NCBI GenBank assembly: GCA_963813025.1
Contig: CAWEXO010000007.1
Coordinates: 1-32,423, forward strand
From: an uncultured Verrucomicrobiae bacterium
GTDB taxonomy: Bacteria; Verrucomicrobiota; Verrucomicrobiia; Chthoniobacterales; JAFAMB01
DNA: 32,423 nt
Direction of reading: 5' to 3'
A model generated the notes under the pieces. It ran no database searches. It saw only the letters and a program-made list of their open reading frames with translations, and was not told where the DNA came from. Below, piece by piece: positions 8,628 to 17,756 of the stretch. The position numbers and the translations under genes are program-made. Every line of letters starts with the position of its first letter. The first letter of the stretch is position 1.

Positions 8628-9199
8628 ATGTGACGAGGCTAATTACCGCGGTCGTCTTTATCGCAATCTTTGTCGCGCACGCTCTTTACGTGAGCGCGTG
8701 TGCCGCCTCAGCCCCTTCCGGCTGGACGGACTTCGGTATTAGCGCCCATGTCGTCGGGCCGCTGGGCCTGGGGGCTTACTGGCGCGGACAGGATTATTTC
8801 ATCGGTTTTTCCTATGCGTTGGCTGCGGCGTTCGCGACATGGGCGCTCAGTCGCAGCATCCTCTTTCGTCAAGGAAGGGCCGTTACGGCGGGAGCCGCTG
8901 CAGGCGGGGTGACGCTTTTGGGAGCGCTCATGGCCGGCGGCTGTTTTCTAATCGGCTGTTGTGGATCACCGATGCTAGCTGTCTACCTGAGCCTGTTCGG
9001 CGCCAACGCGTTGGGCTTAGGCAAACCCTTAATGGCCTTGGTGACTCTGATTTCCGTCAGCTGTGGTTACTGGTGCCTTTCGCGCCGTCTCGCGCGAGGA
9101 AGCACTTGCATGGACGATTGCTGTTCTGGGTCAGACACCCCTGCTGGGATCGAGGGCATTAACAGATTCAAAGCTAAGATAAGAAGCCAGAAAGAATGA
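8624..9199 (+). CDS. Cys-rich multi-pass membrane protein (GCCGSP motif)
   Basis: About 4 hydrophobic segments; GGCFLIGCCGSPML, SCGYWC and tail CMDDCC; overlapping stop/start with the upstream gene. Confidence 0.78.
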   Translation: MNVTRLITAVVFIAIFVAHALYVSACAASAPSGWTDFGISAHVVGPLGLGAYWRGQDYFIGFSYALAAAFATWALSRSILFRQGRAVTAGAAAGGVTLLGALMAGGCFLIGCCGSPMLAVYLSLFGANALGLGKPLMALVTLISVSCGYWCLSRRLARGSTCMDDCCSGSDTPAGIEGINRFKAKIRSQKE

Positions 9200-9323
9200 T
9201 CTCATACCCGGCGGCGATCATCGCAAGGAACGATTAGACCCCGCCAAACAGTAACCAATGCGCCATCCGATTCCGCGCTGATGAAGTAAGTACGGCGCTC
9301 CCCTGCTCAGTCTTGGCTAAATC

Positions 9324-12300
9324 GGCCCAGTGAAAACATTCGTTTCACCAGGGGCAAAGTAGCGCTGAACGTGGCAGTCAGGCAGCAACGGCATCTTGTC
9401 CGATGGCCAATCTCTGGCTCATGTCGAGCCGAAAAGTCCCGTAGGGAGTCACGTGAGCGTAGATGAGCGGCGTCAGTGCACGTAGATCATCTGGCAGCAT
9501 GCGTTGCGTCCAATCGGGCTCGGTCAAGACACGCTGGATCATCAGGGTGTTGATGTAGACAAGGCAGATCTGCAGGAGGTGAAGTGCCAGCATAGTGAGC
9601 TCCTGGTTTTCCAGGTCGTTGGTAGCGATCTCACCGCCTTTGCCGTACAGGATGAAGCTGTTGGCCCCGTTCCAGGTCTCGATGACGTTGAGGCCTTCTT
9701 GGATTTCGCGCCGCAGCGCTTCGGAGTGTAGGTACCGACACAGAAAGATCGTTTTGATCGCCTTGCCGAACTCTGCAAAAGCTAGGTATGTAGGATGTTT
9801 TAGGTTGTTGCGGGCGAAGCGTTTCAAAATCGCCTCCGTCTCCGCTGTGCCCAAGCGTAAGGCGGTGGCATACTTGATCATCTGATCGTATTGCTGCTGG
9901 ATTAGTTACCAATCGATGGGGCGGGTCAACACGACTTGGAGGTTGGGATACGCTTCAGGCCGGCCGGCCTCGGCCCGATACAGCTTCTGGGCATGGATAG
10001 CTTTGAGCCTTGGCAAAAGCTGAAAGCCAAGCAGGCGGCAGAAGGCGAAAGCCACCTCGCTTTGTCCGTGCGAATCGACGTAGTTTTTCTCGACCTCCAT
10101 CTCTGTATCATGGCGTAGCAAGCCTTCGATCATGGCCGCAACTTCGGACAAGGAACAGGTTTTCAACTGCGAGTAGATGCAGACCGCGTGCTTCTCGACA
10201 TGCCAGTAAATCATGATGCCTTGACCGCCGTAGCGCACGTGTCACTCCGTCATGAGGATCCCAGGAGCCGAACTTTTTGGAGTCCGAAGCGCAGGCCGTC
10301 GTCGCCTCGCCCCAGATATGAGGCAGGCGGATCCGAAACACCCCATTGACAACCTTGGCAATAGCTTCGCGGAACGGCTCTTTGCGGATGAAACGTCGGC
10401 GCACATAGACCAAATCGGGGTAGCTTTCGGCCCCCGCGCCGCTACTTACGCGCTTCAGTCCGGTGTTCGTGCCCAGCCCGTACAAGCAGAGTAAGAGGCG
10501 CTTCTGCAACGTCGCCGGATCCAGAGACTCGCGTCCGGTTGCGCTCTTGAATGCCTTGCTGAAGTCGGTACGTAAATCGGTCTCTTTGAGCATGTCGAGG
10601 AGACTGGTCATCGGCCAGCGCTTGAGGATCTCGCTTTTAAGATCCGATAGATTGACCGGTTCAGGCTGCGCGTTCAGGGGCGAGAGCGCGATCCAGCCGT
10701 GACGCTTTTGCAGGATCTTGACGTGTGGATTCTTTGGCAGACCGCGATCCAGCAGGGTGAGCGCTTCGTTCATTTCCCGTTGCACACCGCCAAGGAAGCT
10801 CTCGACGTCTTGTGGAAGGTTGAGCGCGGCATAGTATTGCTCACGCTGGACTTCGAAATCTGTCGGTAAATCCTCGTCCGGGTTGCGATAGCGGTTGGCG
10901 CCGACCACCCAGATCTCTTTACATCGCAGGCGCTCGCGCAAGACTTGCAACACGCAGAGCTCGTATTTGAGCCGGTCCACGCGCAAATGCCCTTGCTTAT
11001 CCGGCATGAGAATGAGCTCGCGCCACCCGCTGCTCACGACTCCCTCCAGGGGGACCTCTTCTGGGTCATAAAACCTCGGGGCGTGCTCTACAGTTTGTTT
11101 AATGACGTCGAGGGCACGGATCACGGGTTGGTGCATCTGGTTGTTGGAACGAAACTCCAGCGCCTGCAACAAGGCCGGGATCGCCCGTCTGTAGTGATGG
11201 CTGTAGGAGGCGCGCATCACCGTGGAGACGTGCTGGCGATAGGCCGGGCCAGTGCTCTTAAGCTCCTTCACCAAGTCGGCGAGGGTCTGCTCATCGACCA
11301 CGGGAAAAAGCACTTCGCGGATGATCCCATCGGGGTTAGCGAGTGCCGTCTCGGCCAGCCGACACAATAAAGTGTTTTTACTGGTCACCCGTTTCAACGT
11401 GCCAATCAGTTCGCGTTCGACGCGCCGCTCGGCCGTCGCGCCGATGCGGTGGATGATCTGAATCAGCGACTCGATCAAGTCGTCCGTGATCTCCTGTGCC
11501 CGCAGCCAGCAGTAAACGGCGATCAGACTGTAGCGCAATGATGCGGGATGGCGGCGGATCTCGTAAGCGTTCTCCACGGCGGCGCGTTGCCGATACCGCT
11601 GCAACAGTCGGGGAGCAACGTGACGCAAGAGGTCCTGTGCAAGGTTAAGCTGTCGGAGCTGTTGCAGCTTGCTAATCTCCTCGAGTGCGTTATCGAGGCC
11701 CGCCCGCCTCGGATCCGTTTTTAGTTGCTGAAGGGGCGAGTGCTCCGATTCCGCTGTTTCGCCACCTTCTGTCTCTGCACTGAGCAAGATTTCCAGCCGT
11801 CCTAATGCCTTGCGGCAGGACGTGCTCAGATAACCAGACGGCCAACTCCTCGGCATCTTGCACCGTCGGCTCGCGAAAGCCGAGGAAGGCACGGATCTGT
11901 GCGCGGTGGTATTTTACGGTGCGCCCTTCCCAGTCATAGCGTGAGAACTCCTCTGCCGGAACGCCTACCTGCCCGGCGATGTAGGCAACGGCAGTCGTCG
12001 GCACTTCCTGCATCGAGAGGGGAAAGCGGCCAGCATACTGAAAGAATTTCAGTGAAAGAATTTCAGCAACACGGCGAAGCCGAGGCGAGTGGGACCGGTC
12101 TTATTGGCCAACAGCGCCGCATCGGAAGGCAGAAGGGTCCAGTCGGCGAACTCCAAGTCGGTCCATTCGCGTTTCATACGATCGATCGCTCCTATTCATC
12201 CGAGATAAGAGGGTCGTTATCAGCAATGAAGCCGCTGTAGGATAGCACTTCGCACAAGAGCTGGAAGAGGAAGGACGACAGCGCTCAAAGGCGGGCGAGG

Positions 12301-12483
12301 TAAAAAACGCACTGAAACCGAGGCAACTCCTACCTGGTCACGAGTCGCACCAACCCGGCGGAACTTTACCGTGCTCAATGTCAATACACCAAGGTATCAA
12401 ACCCAGTCTGACACGGCGTGACGTTTATTCCAAACTCCTCAGTCCTACTTTGCCCCTGGTGACACGAATGTTTCTACTGGGCC
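9324..12483 (-). mobile_element. Resolvase-less Tn3-family element with 39-bp IRs and probable 5-bp TSD
   Basis: IR 9324-9362 GGCCCAGTGAAAACATTCGTTTCACCAGGGGCAAAGTAG vs reverse complement of 12445-12483 (36/39); TAAAT at 9318-9322 and 12484-12488. Confidence 0.85.
9378..12177 (-). pseudogene. tnpA: Tn3-family transposase (different clade from 3105-6050), disrupted
   Basis: MKREWT…[50 protein letters not shown]; several frameshifts, 14-bp tandem duplication at 12039-12066, nonsense codon at 9906-9908. Confidence 0.9.
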
Positions 12484-12531
12484 TAAATGCCTGGATTGCC
12501 TGAACCGAACGAGGCGTGCTACTTTCCGCGC

Positions 12532-12681
12532 ATGCGCACGCTCTCCGAAATCGAAGCCGCTGTGGACCAACTGTCGCATTCGGGCCGGCTCGGTAAACTC
12601 CCAGTCATCAATGGCAGTCAGATCCTGCTCGGTCCGCCTTTTGTGTTCAACAAAGACAATATCGATCAGTTTAACTTTTGA
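12532..12681 (+). pseudogene. Chimeric mini-ORF: short helical N-terminus fused to the last ~32 codons of a sugar-binding-protein paralogue
   Basis: MRTLSEIEAAVDQLS then [32 protein letters not shown], near-identical to the C-terminus of 12833-13891. Confidence 0.65.
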
Positions 12682-12832
12682 GGCAGGCTCCTGCCTTATC
12701 CAATTATCCACTTCCTTAAAACCGAACATTGCTCCCCCACCCTAGGTAAACGCGCAACTTGTCCCCGCCGTCGTGCCGCGAAAGCGGTGCGAAGGCCGGA
12801 CGCTTTCCCTGTATCCCCGAAAAACGTTAAAA

Positions 12833-13891
12833 ATGAAACTAGCTAATACTGTCCTTTCGACTATTCTTGCGATCTCGTTGTCCGCCGGCCTCACCGCGAA
12901 TTCCCCTGGTGCAGATAACGCCTACAATGGCGGCCGCGCAATTAATCCAAGGAATTTGCAAGGTAAGAAAATTGTTCTTGCCGATATCCCGAAGCTGGTT
13001 GGCATCGGGTACTTCGCGGCAACCGCGAAAGGAATTGCTGACGGCTGCGCCGATCTGACCAAGAGCGGTTTGCCAACCGAGGTAACCACGGACGCGCCGA
13101 CGGAAGGAGATATTCAAAAGCAGATCGAATTTATCGACAACGCAATCTCGCGCGGAGTGGATGGCATTTTCTTTGCCGCGAACGATCCGGTGGCGATCTC
13201 ACCAGTCCTGCGGAAAGCACTTAAAGCAGGCATCCACGTCATCGGCTATGACGCCGAGTCGGAGCCCGATGCGCGGGAGTGGTTTGTACAGATGTGCACG
13301 CCCGACGCGGTTGCTAAAGCGATCATTGACGATATGGCCTCGCAGGTAGGAGAACAAGCCGATATCGCCTTGATCACCAGCTCGATGACAGCGGCGGGAC
13401 AGAATGCGTGGATCGCTGAGATCAAGAAATACATTCCTCAGGCTCATCCCAAGCTGAACTTAGTAACGATTCTCCCGGCGGAAGAGGATCAGCAACTGGC
13501 TTTCAAGGTCGCAGGACAGATCCTCAAAGCTTATCCCAACGTAAAAGGCATCATTGGCCTCTCGAGTGTGGCTTTTCCTGGAGCGGCTGACGCGATCACG
13601 CAGGCTAACCTGATCGGTAAGATTGCTGTCGTTGGGCTTTCAACGCCAAACCAGATGAAGCCCTTTGTCAAAAACGGGGCGGTCAAAGATGTCATTCTTT
13701 GGAATCCGGTTGACTTGGGTTACGCTGCTGCTTATGCGATGCGTGCGGTGGTTGACGGAAAATTGAAGCCAGGCGACACGGAAGTCGATGCGGGCAAACT
13801 CGGTAAACTGAAAGTGATCAACGGAAGCCAAATCTTGCTTGGGCCTCCCTTCGTTTTCACGAAGGACAATATCGATAAGTTTAACTTTTGA
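12833..13891 (+). CDS. Sugar ABC transporter substrate-binding protein (RhaS/LsrB-like)
   Basis: Signal peptide; [51 protein letters not shown]. Confidence 0.88.
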   Translation: MKLANTVLSTILAISLSAGLTANSPGADNAYNGGRAINPRNLQGKKIVLADIPKLVGIGYFAATAKGIADGCADLTKSGLPTEVTTDAPTEGDIQKQIEFIDNAISRGVDGIFFAANDPVAISPVLRKALKAGIHVIGYDAESEPDAREWFVQMCTPDAVAKAIIDDMASQVGEQADIALITSSMTAAGQNAWIAEIKKYIPQAHPKLNLVTILPAEEDQQLAFKVAGQILKAYPNVKGIIGLSSVAFPGAADAITQANLIGKIAVVGLSTPNQMKPFVKNGAVKDVILWNPVDLGYAAAYAMRAVVDGKLKPGDTEVDAGKLGKLKVINGSQILLGPPFVFTKDNIDKFNF

Positions 13892-14008
13892 CTACCCGGC
13901 CGTAGAATAAGCTTCCAGCTTGTCAGTTTTTTTAACCGTAGGCGTCTTACTAACCACACTGCGGACGATTTGGGCGGCGTCGCAACCCGAGGACCCGCCT
14001 TCCTTACT

Positions 14009-14046
14009 GGCCTCACTACACCAAACGGAAAAAATTGTACGCTAAG
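14009..14046 (+). repeat. Degenerate Tn501/Tn21-like inverted repeat
   Basis: GGCCTCACTACACCAAACGGAAAAAATTGTACGCTAAG adjacent to a tnpA 3' remnant. Confidence 0.7.
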
Positions 14047-14048
14047 CC

Positions 14049-14330
14049 TCACGAAGCCGCTACGTTGACCGTAGTCGGCGCACCGACCGGCCGTAAGGGT
14101 CTCAATCGACCTTGAGCAAAGCGACCGTTGCTTTGCCGAGTGTAATCCCCAGTCAAGTTGATGTGCTCCCAGCCGACTGGTGAGACGTGAGGAAGGAGCA
14201 CATCTGAAGGCGATTCCATGTTGACGCAGTGCATTGATAGCGCGCTCGAGATACATCGTGTTCCACAATATGATCGCGAGGACCACCAAGTTTAGCCCGC
14301 TGGCGCGGTAACGTTCGTTTCCGTAACTGG
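14049..14330 (-). pseudogene. tnpA: Tn3-family transposase C-terminal remnant
   Basis: [25 protein letters not shown], then after a frameshift [19 protein letters not shown]…RLRPLRP. Confidence 0.85.
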
Positions 14331-14473
14331 AGCCGCCAGCCGATTGGGTGCGAGAAGACTTGCCGGGATCGACTTCGGTGCACATTCGATTGAGCGCGGC
14401 TGTCCTGCTTCAGTCGGAATTGGAAAGTCGTGAGCTGAGGGTAAGCTAGTCGAGGCAAGAAAAACAAGCCTCG

Positions 14474-14791
14474 ATGAACGACAACAACCGACGTCATTTC
14501 CATCCAGAGCAGAAAGTCGCGATTCTGCGCGAGCATCTGATTGAAGGCCGCGCCGTTTCTGATCTTTGTGAGAAGCATCGCATCAACCCGACGATGTTTT
14601 ACCAGTGGCAGCGCCAATTTTTCGAGAACGGAACCGCTGCTTTTGCCAGCCAGCAGTCCCGCTCCCGAGTTTCGGATGGGTATCAGCAAAAGATTGAAGC
14701 CTTGGAGCAAAAACTCCAGCGCAAAAACGAAGTGCTCTCGGAGCTGTTGGAAGAGCATACCCGTTTAAAAAAAGAACTTGGGGAGAGCTGA
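14474..14791 (+). CDS. IS3-family transposase OrfA (HTH)
   Basis: RRHFHPEQKVAILREHL…VSDLCEKHRINPTMFYQWQRQF followed by a coiled coil. Confidence 0.88.
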   Translation: MNDNNRRHFHPEQKVAILREHLIEGRAVSDLCEKHRINPTMFYQWQRQFFENGTAAFASQQSRSRVSDGYQQKIEALEQKLQRKNEVLSELLEEHTRLKKELGES

Positions 14792-14802
14792 CGGGCCAAT
14801 GG

Positions 14803-15771
14803 GTGGCCCACGACATTCGTGACGCGATCATGGACTTCATCGCACATTGGTCGGACTGGACCGGGATTGGTGCCTTGCAGATGGTCGGCTGGATGAGTTT
14901 GAGCCGCAGCAAGTATTACTCCTGGCGCGATCGCTACGGCAAAGTCAACGAACACAACGCCTTAGTCCCGCGGGATCATTGGCTGGAGCCCTGGGAAAAG
15001 CGAGCCATTATCGATTTCCAGCAAGCCTTCCCGCTGGAGGGCTACCGTCGCCTGACCTTCATGATGTTGGATCGCGATGTGGTGGCGGTCTCTCCCTCCA
15101 GCACCTATCGGGTGCTGACCGCCGCCGGGCTTCTGCAGCGCTGGAACCCAAAGCCTTCCCGTAAAGGAAACGGCTTCCAGCAACCGCTTGGGCCGCACGA
15201 ACACTGGCATGTCGATATCTCTTATCTCAACATTGCTGGTACCTTCTTTTATCTCTGTTCGGTCCTGGATGGTTGTTCGCGATTCCTGCTCCATTGGGAA
15301 TTGCGGACGGCTATGACCGAACTGGATGTCGAGATTGTCTTGCAGCGCGCACGCGAAAGTTATCCGGACAGCTCTCCCCGAATTATCACTGACAATGGTC
15401 CGCAGTTTATCGCCAAGGATTTCAAGGAATTTATCCGGCTGGCCGGCCTGACCCATGTCAAAACCTCTCCCTATTACCCGCAAAGCAACGGCAAAATTGA
15501 ACGCTGGCACCAAAGCCTCAAAACCGATTGCCTTCGGCCTGGCTGCCCGCTTTCCCGGCAGGATGCCGCTCGGCTCATCGAGCGTTTTATTAAGCATTAC
15601 AATACCGTCCGGCTCCACTCGGCCATCGGCTATATCACCCCGGCTGATCGCCTCGCCGGCCGCCACCGCGAAATCTTTGCCGAGCGAGATCGTAAACTCG
15701 AACTGGCTCGCCAAAACCGAAAACTTAAACGACAATCCCTAACCCAAAACACACCCACCTCGACTAGCTAA
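14803..15771 (+). CDS. IS3-family transposase OrfB (rve/DDE), probably fused to OrfA by -1 frameshift
   Basis: WHVDISY, IITDNGPQF, PQSNGKIERWH, RLHSAIGYITP; in the -1 frame relative to OrfA with A7G at 14767-14774. Confidence 0.9.
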   Translation: MAHDIRDAIMDFIAHWSDWTGIGALQMVGWMSLSRSKYYSWRDRYGKVNEHNALVPRDHWLEPWEKRAIIDFQQAFPLEGYRRLTFMMLDRDVVAVSPSSTYRVLTAAGLLQRWNPKPSRKGNGFQQPLGPHEHWHVDISYLNIAGTFFYLCSVLDGCSRFLLHWELRTAMTELDVEIVLQRARESYPDSSPRIITDNGPQFIAKDFKEFIRLAGLTHVKTSPYYPQSNGKIERWHQSLKTDCLRPGCPLSRQDAARLIERFIKHYNTVRLHSAIGYITPADRLAGRHREIFAERDRKLELARQNRKLKRQSLTQNTPTSTS

Positions 15772-15814
15772 TCTGAAGGCCCAATTTTCCATTTCACGCT
15801 GAACCAGAACACGG

Positions 15815-16675
15815 CTACTTCTTGATGAATCCCATTTGCTTTGCAATCGCCGCATCTAGCATCCGGGTTGGAAGAAGTCTTGGCAATGTCCAGTTCTTGA
15901 AGCGCTGAGGCACAACGGCGTATCTAGCCTTTGGTTTCGTCGCAGTCAGGGCGACATAGACTGCTTCGCCCAATCGCTCGGGGGGCAAACCGTTACGCCC
16001 CTCTTTCACAATATATTTCTGAAAGTTCTTGATCGCTTCCCAATACGGAGTCGACTTGAATTCGCTTAGGTCCTCAATTTCGCCCTTGTCATACATGGCA
16101 GTGTTGACCGTGCCAGGTTCGATGATCACTAGATCAATGTCGAACAACATCAGTTCACGCCTAAGGGCATCCGACATGCCTTCCAAGCCCCATTTCGAGG
16201 CTGTGTAAGCACCGAGGAGAGGCAGTGGAATCTTTGCTGCCGAGGAGCTGATGTTTACGATTCGGCCCGTTGGACCCGTTCTCTTGTTGTCTGTGCCGAG
16301 CAAAGGAGCAAAGGCTTGCGTCACCATCAGAGGGCCGATCATGTTTGCCTCGAGTTGGCGACTGTACTCGCTCGGTCGCAGATGCAAGAGGGGCCCACTC
16401 ACAACAATCCCGGCGTTGTTGACCAGGCCAGCCAGCCTGTTCGAGCCGATCATGGTACCTACCATTTCACTCGCGCGCCGAACGGCGTCGGCATCCGTGA
16501 TGTCCATGATGAGAGGAACATAGCGATCCCCAAATTCTTTCTGAAGACGGTCAGCATCGGCCTGCTTCCGTACCGAGCCGAAAACACGAAAATCGTTCGC
16601 GATGAGGACCTTCGTTGTCCCCAAGCCTATGCCGGTTGATACACCGGTTACAACGACATCCTTAGCAGTTGCCAT
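15815..16675 (-). CDS. SDR-family NAD(P)-dependent oxidoreductase
   Basis: TGVSTGIG, LVNNAG, YTASK catalytic motif, IEPG; GGAG RBS upstream. Confidence 0.92.
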   Translation of the reverse strand: MATAKDVVVTGVSTGIGLGTTKVLIANDFRVFGSVRKQADADRLQKEFGDRYVPLIMDITDADAVRRASEMVGTMIGSNRLAGLVNNAGIVVSGPLLHLRPSEYSRQLEANMIGPLMVTQAFAPLLGTDNKRTGPTGRIVNISSSAAKIPLPLLGAYTASKWGLEGMSDALRRELMLFDIDLVIIEPGTVNTAMYDKGEIEDLSEFKSTPYWEAIKNFQKYIVKEGRNGLPPERLGEAVYVALTATKPKARYAVVPQRFKNWTLPRLLPTRMLDAAIAKQMGFIKK

Positions 16676-16773
16676 TGTCCACTCCTTCCCTGTGCTTAAC
16701 ATGGGCACCGAACATCTTCATTGTGTTCACCGTACACGTTCGCCAATTCGCTGTCAAGGTGTATAGTGTCCAT

Positions 16774-17379
16774 GTGCCCTATCCTTCGAAAACAGACCGA
16801 AATGCCATCCTTTCGGCAGCAGTCGGGGAGTTGTCCCGCGGAGGTATCCGTGATCTCTCGCTTCGAAACATCGCGGCATCTCTGGACCTAGCGCCGAATG
16901 CCCTTTATCGCTACTTTTCAGATCGGGCGGCACTTGAGGCAGCTCTCGCAGATGAATGCGCCCGTCAATTGGAGCTGGTGTTGCGAAAAGCCGCGCATGG
17001 TCGCGCGGCCGCGCAAGCTATTCGCAGGATGGCGGCCGCATACATTCAATTCGCAAGGGATCATCGCCATCTCTACGAAGTCATGATGAGCTTTCATACG
17101 CCTGACCATGACGCACGGTCTCGTCAGAGTCTTTGGCTTTTCACGGTCGAACAGGTGCAACGCCTTACCGGTGAGGCGCGTGCAAGAGAGGCTTCGGTCG
17201 CTCTGTGGGCTCTGCTGCACGGAGCGGTGACGCTGGAGGCAGCCCAGGTGCTCGGAGAAGACAAGCCGCACAGTGGGCTAGAGTTCGGGCTGGAAGCTTG
17301 GCTCCTCGCCGCGGAAACACGGCCGGCCGCAATAAAGAAAAGCTCCTCGAAGGCCAAGAAATCGCTGCTACAGGTGTAG
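16774..17379 (+). CDS. TetR/AcrR-family regulator (WHG-type C-terminus), divergent from the SDR; probably leaderless GTG start
   Basis: LSLRNIAASLDLAPNALYRYF HTH, LWALLHG; TATAGT at 16762-16767 just upstream of the GTG. Confidence 0.88.
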   Translation: MPYPSKTDRNAILSAAVGELSRGGIRDLSLRNIAASLDLAPNALYRYFSDRAALEAALADECARQLELVLRKAAHGRAAAQAIRRMAAAYIQFARDHRHLYEVMMSFHTPDHDARSRQSLWLFTVEQVQRLTGEARAREASVALWALLHGAVTLEAAQVLGEDKPHSGLEFGLEAWLLAAETRPAAIKKSSSKAKKSLLQV

Positions 17380-17504
17380 GAACTCGAAGTGCGAGACTAT
17401 GTTCTCCAGCTACGAAGCCGAGTTCTTTGGTGCTACGCGATACTTTCATCCCCGAATGTCGTTGCGTCTTGGAGTATTCAAATTGCTCGAGATGGATGGC
17501 AGCC

Positions 17505-17561
17505 AACAAGGGCGAGGCCAGGAATGCTCTTGCCCGCGCCGTCTTCTTCAACCGGCAGGGC
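17505..17561 (+). pseudogene. Very short Tn3 transposase fragment
   Basis: NKGEARNALARAVFFNRQG, a conserved TnpA catalytic-region motif. Confidence 0.7.
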
Positions 17562-17756
17562 GCCTTCTCGGGGTCCCTTGCCTACACGTTCGCCCGGATC
17601 GGCGCGGTCGTGAATCTCAAAGTCGAAGATTATTATCCGTCAGGGAAACGGTTCTTTGCTTCGCTTTAAAGAGAAAGGCGGCAAAAGAAAAAGAGCTTCC
17701 CGTGCACCACAAGTTGGAAGAGCTCCTCGATCAGTACCTTAAAGCAAGCGGCTTAG

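Larger units (their letters stand above)
14401..15811 (+). mobile_element. IS3-family insertion sequence
   Basis: TG…CA ends; IRs TGTCCTGCTTCAGTCGGAATTGGAAA and reverse complement TGTTCTGGTTCAGCGTGAAATGGAAA; 4-bp TSD CGGC at 14397-14400 and 15812-15815. Confidence 0.92.

Noticed and set aside
12833..13891. AI-2 receptor LsrB
   Set aside because: By-eye alignment shows AGQNAW where LsrB has TDQNQW and GLSSVA where it has APDANA, and no lsr genes are nearby; a generic sugar binder is more likely
13907..13934. Rho-independent terminator after the binding-protein gene
   Set aside because: Stem is short and AT-rich (AAGCT/AGCTT) and separated from the T-run; too weak to call
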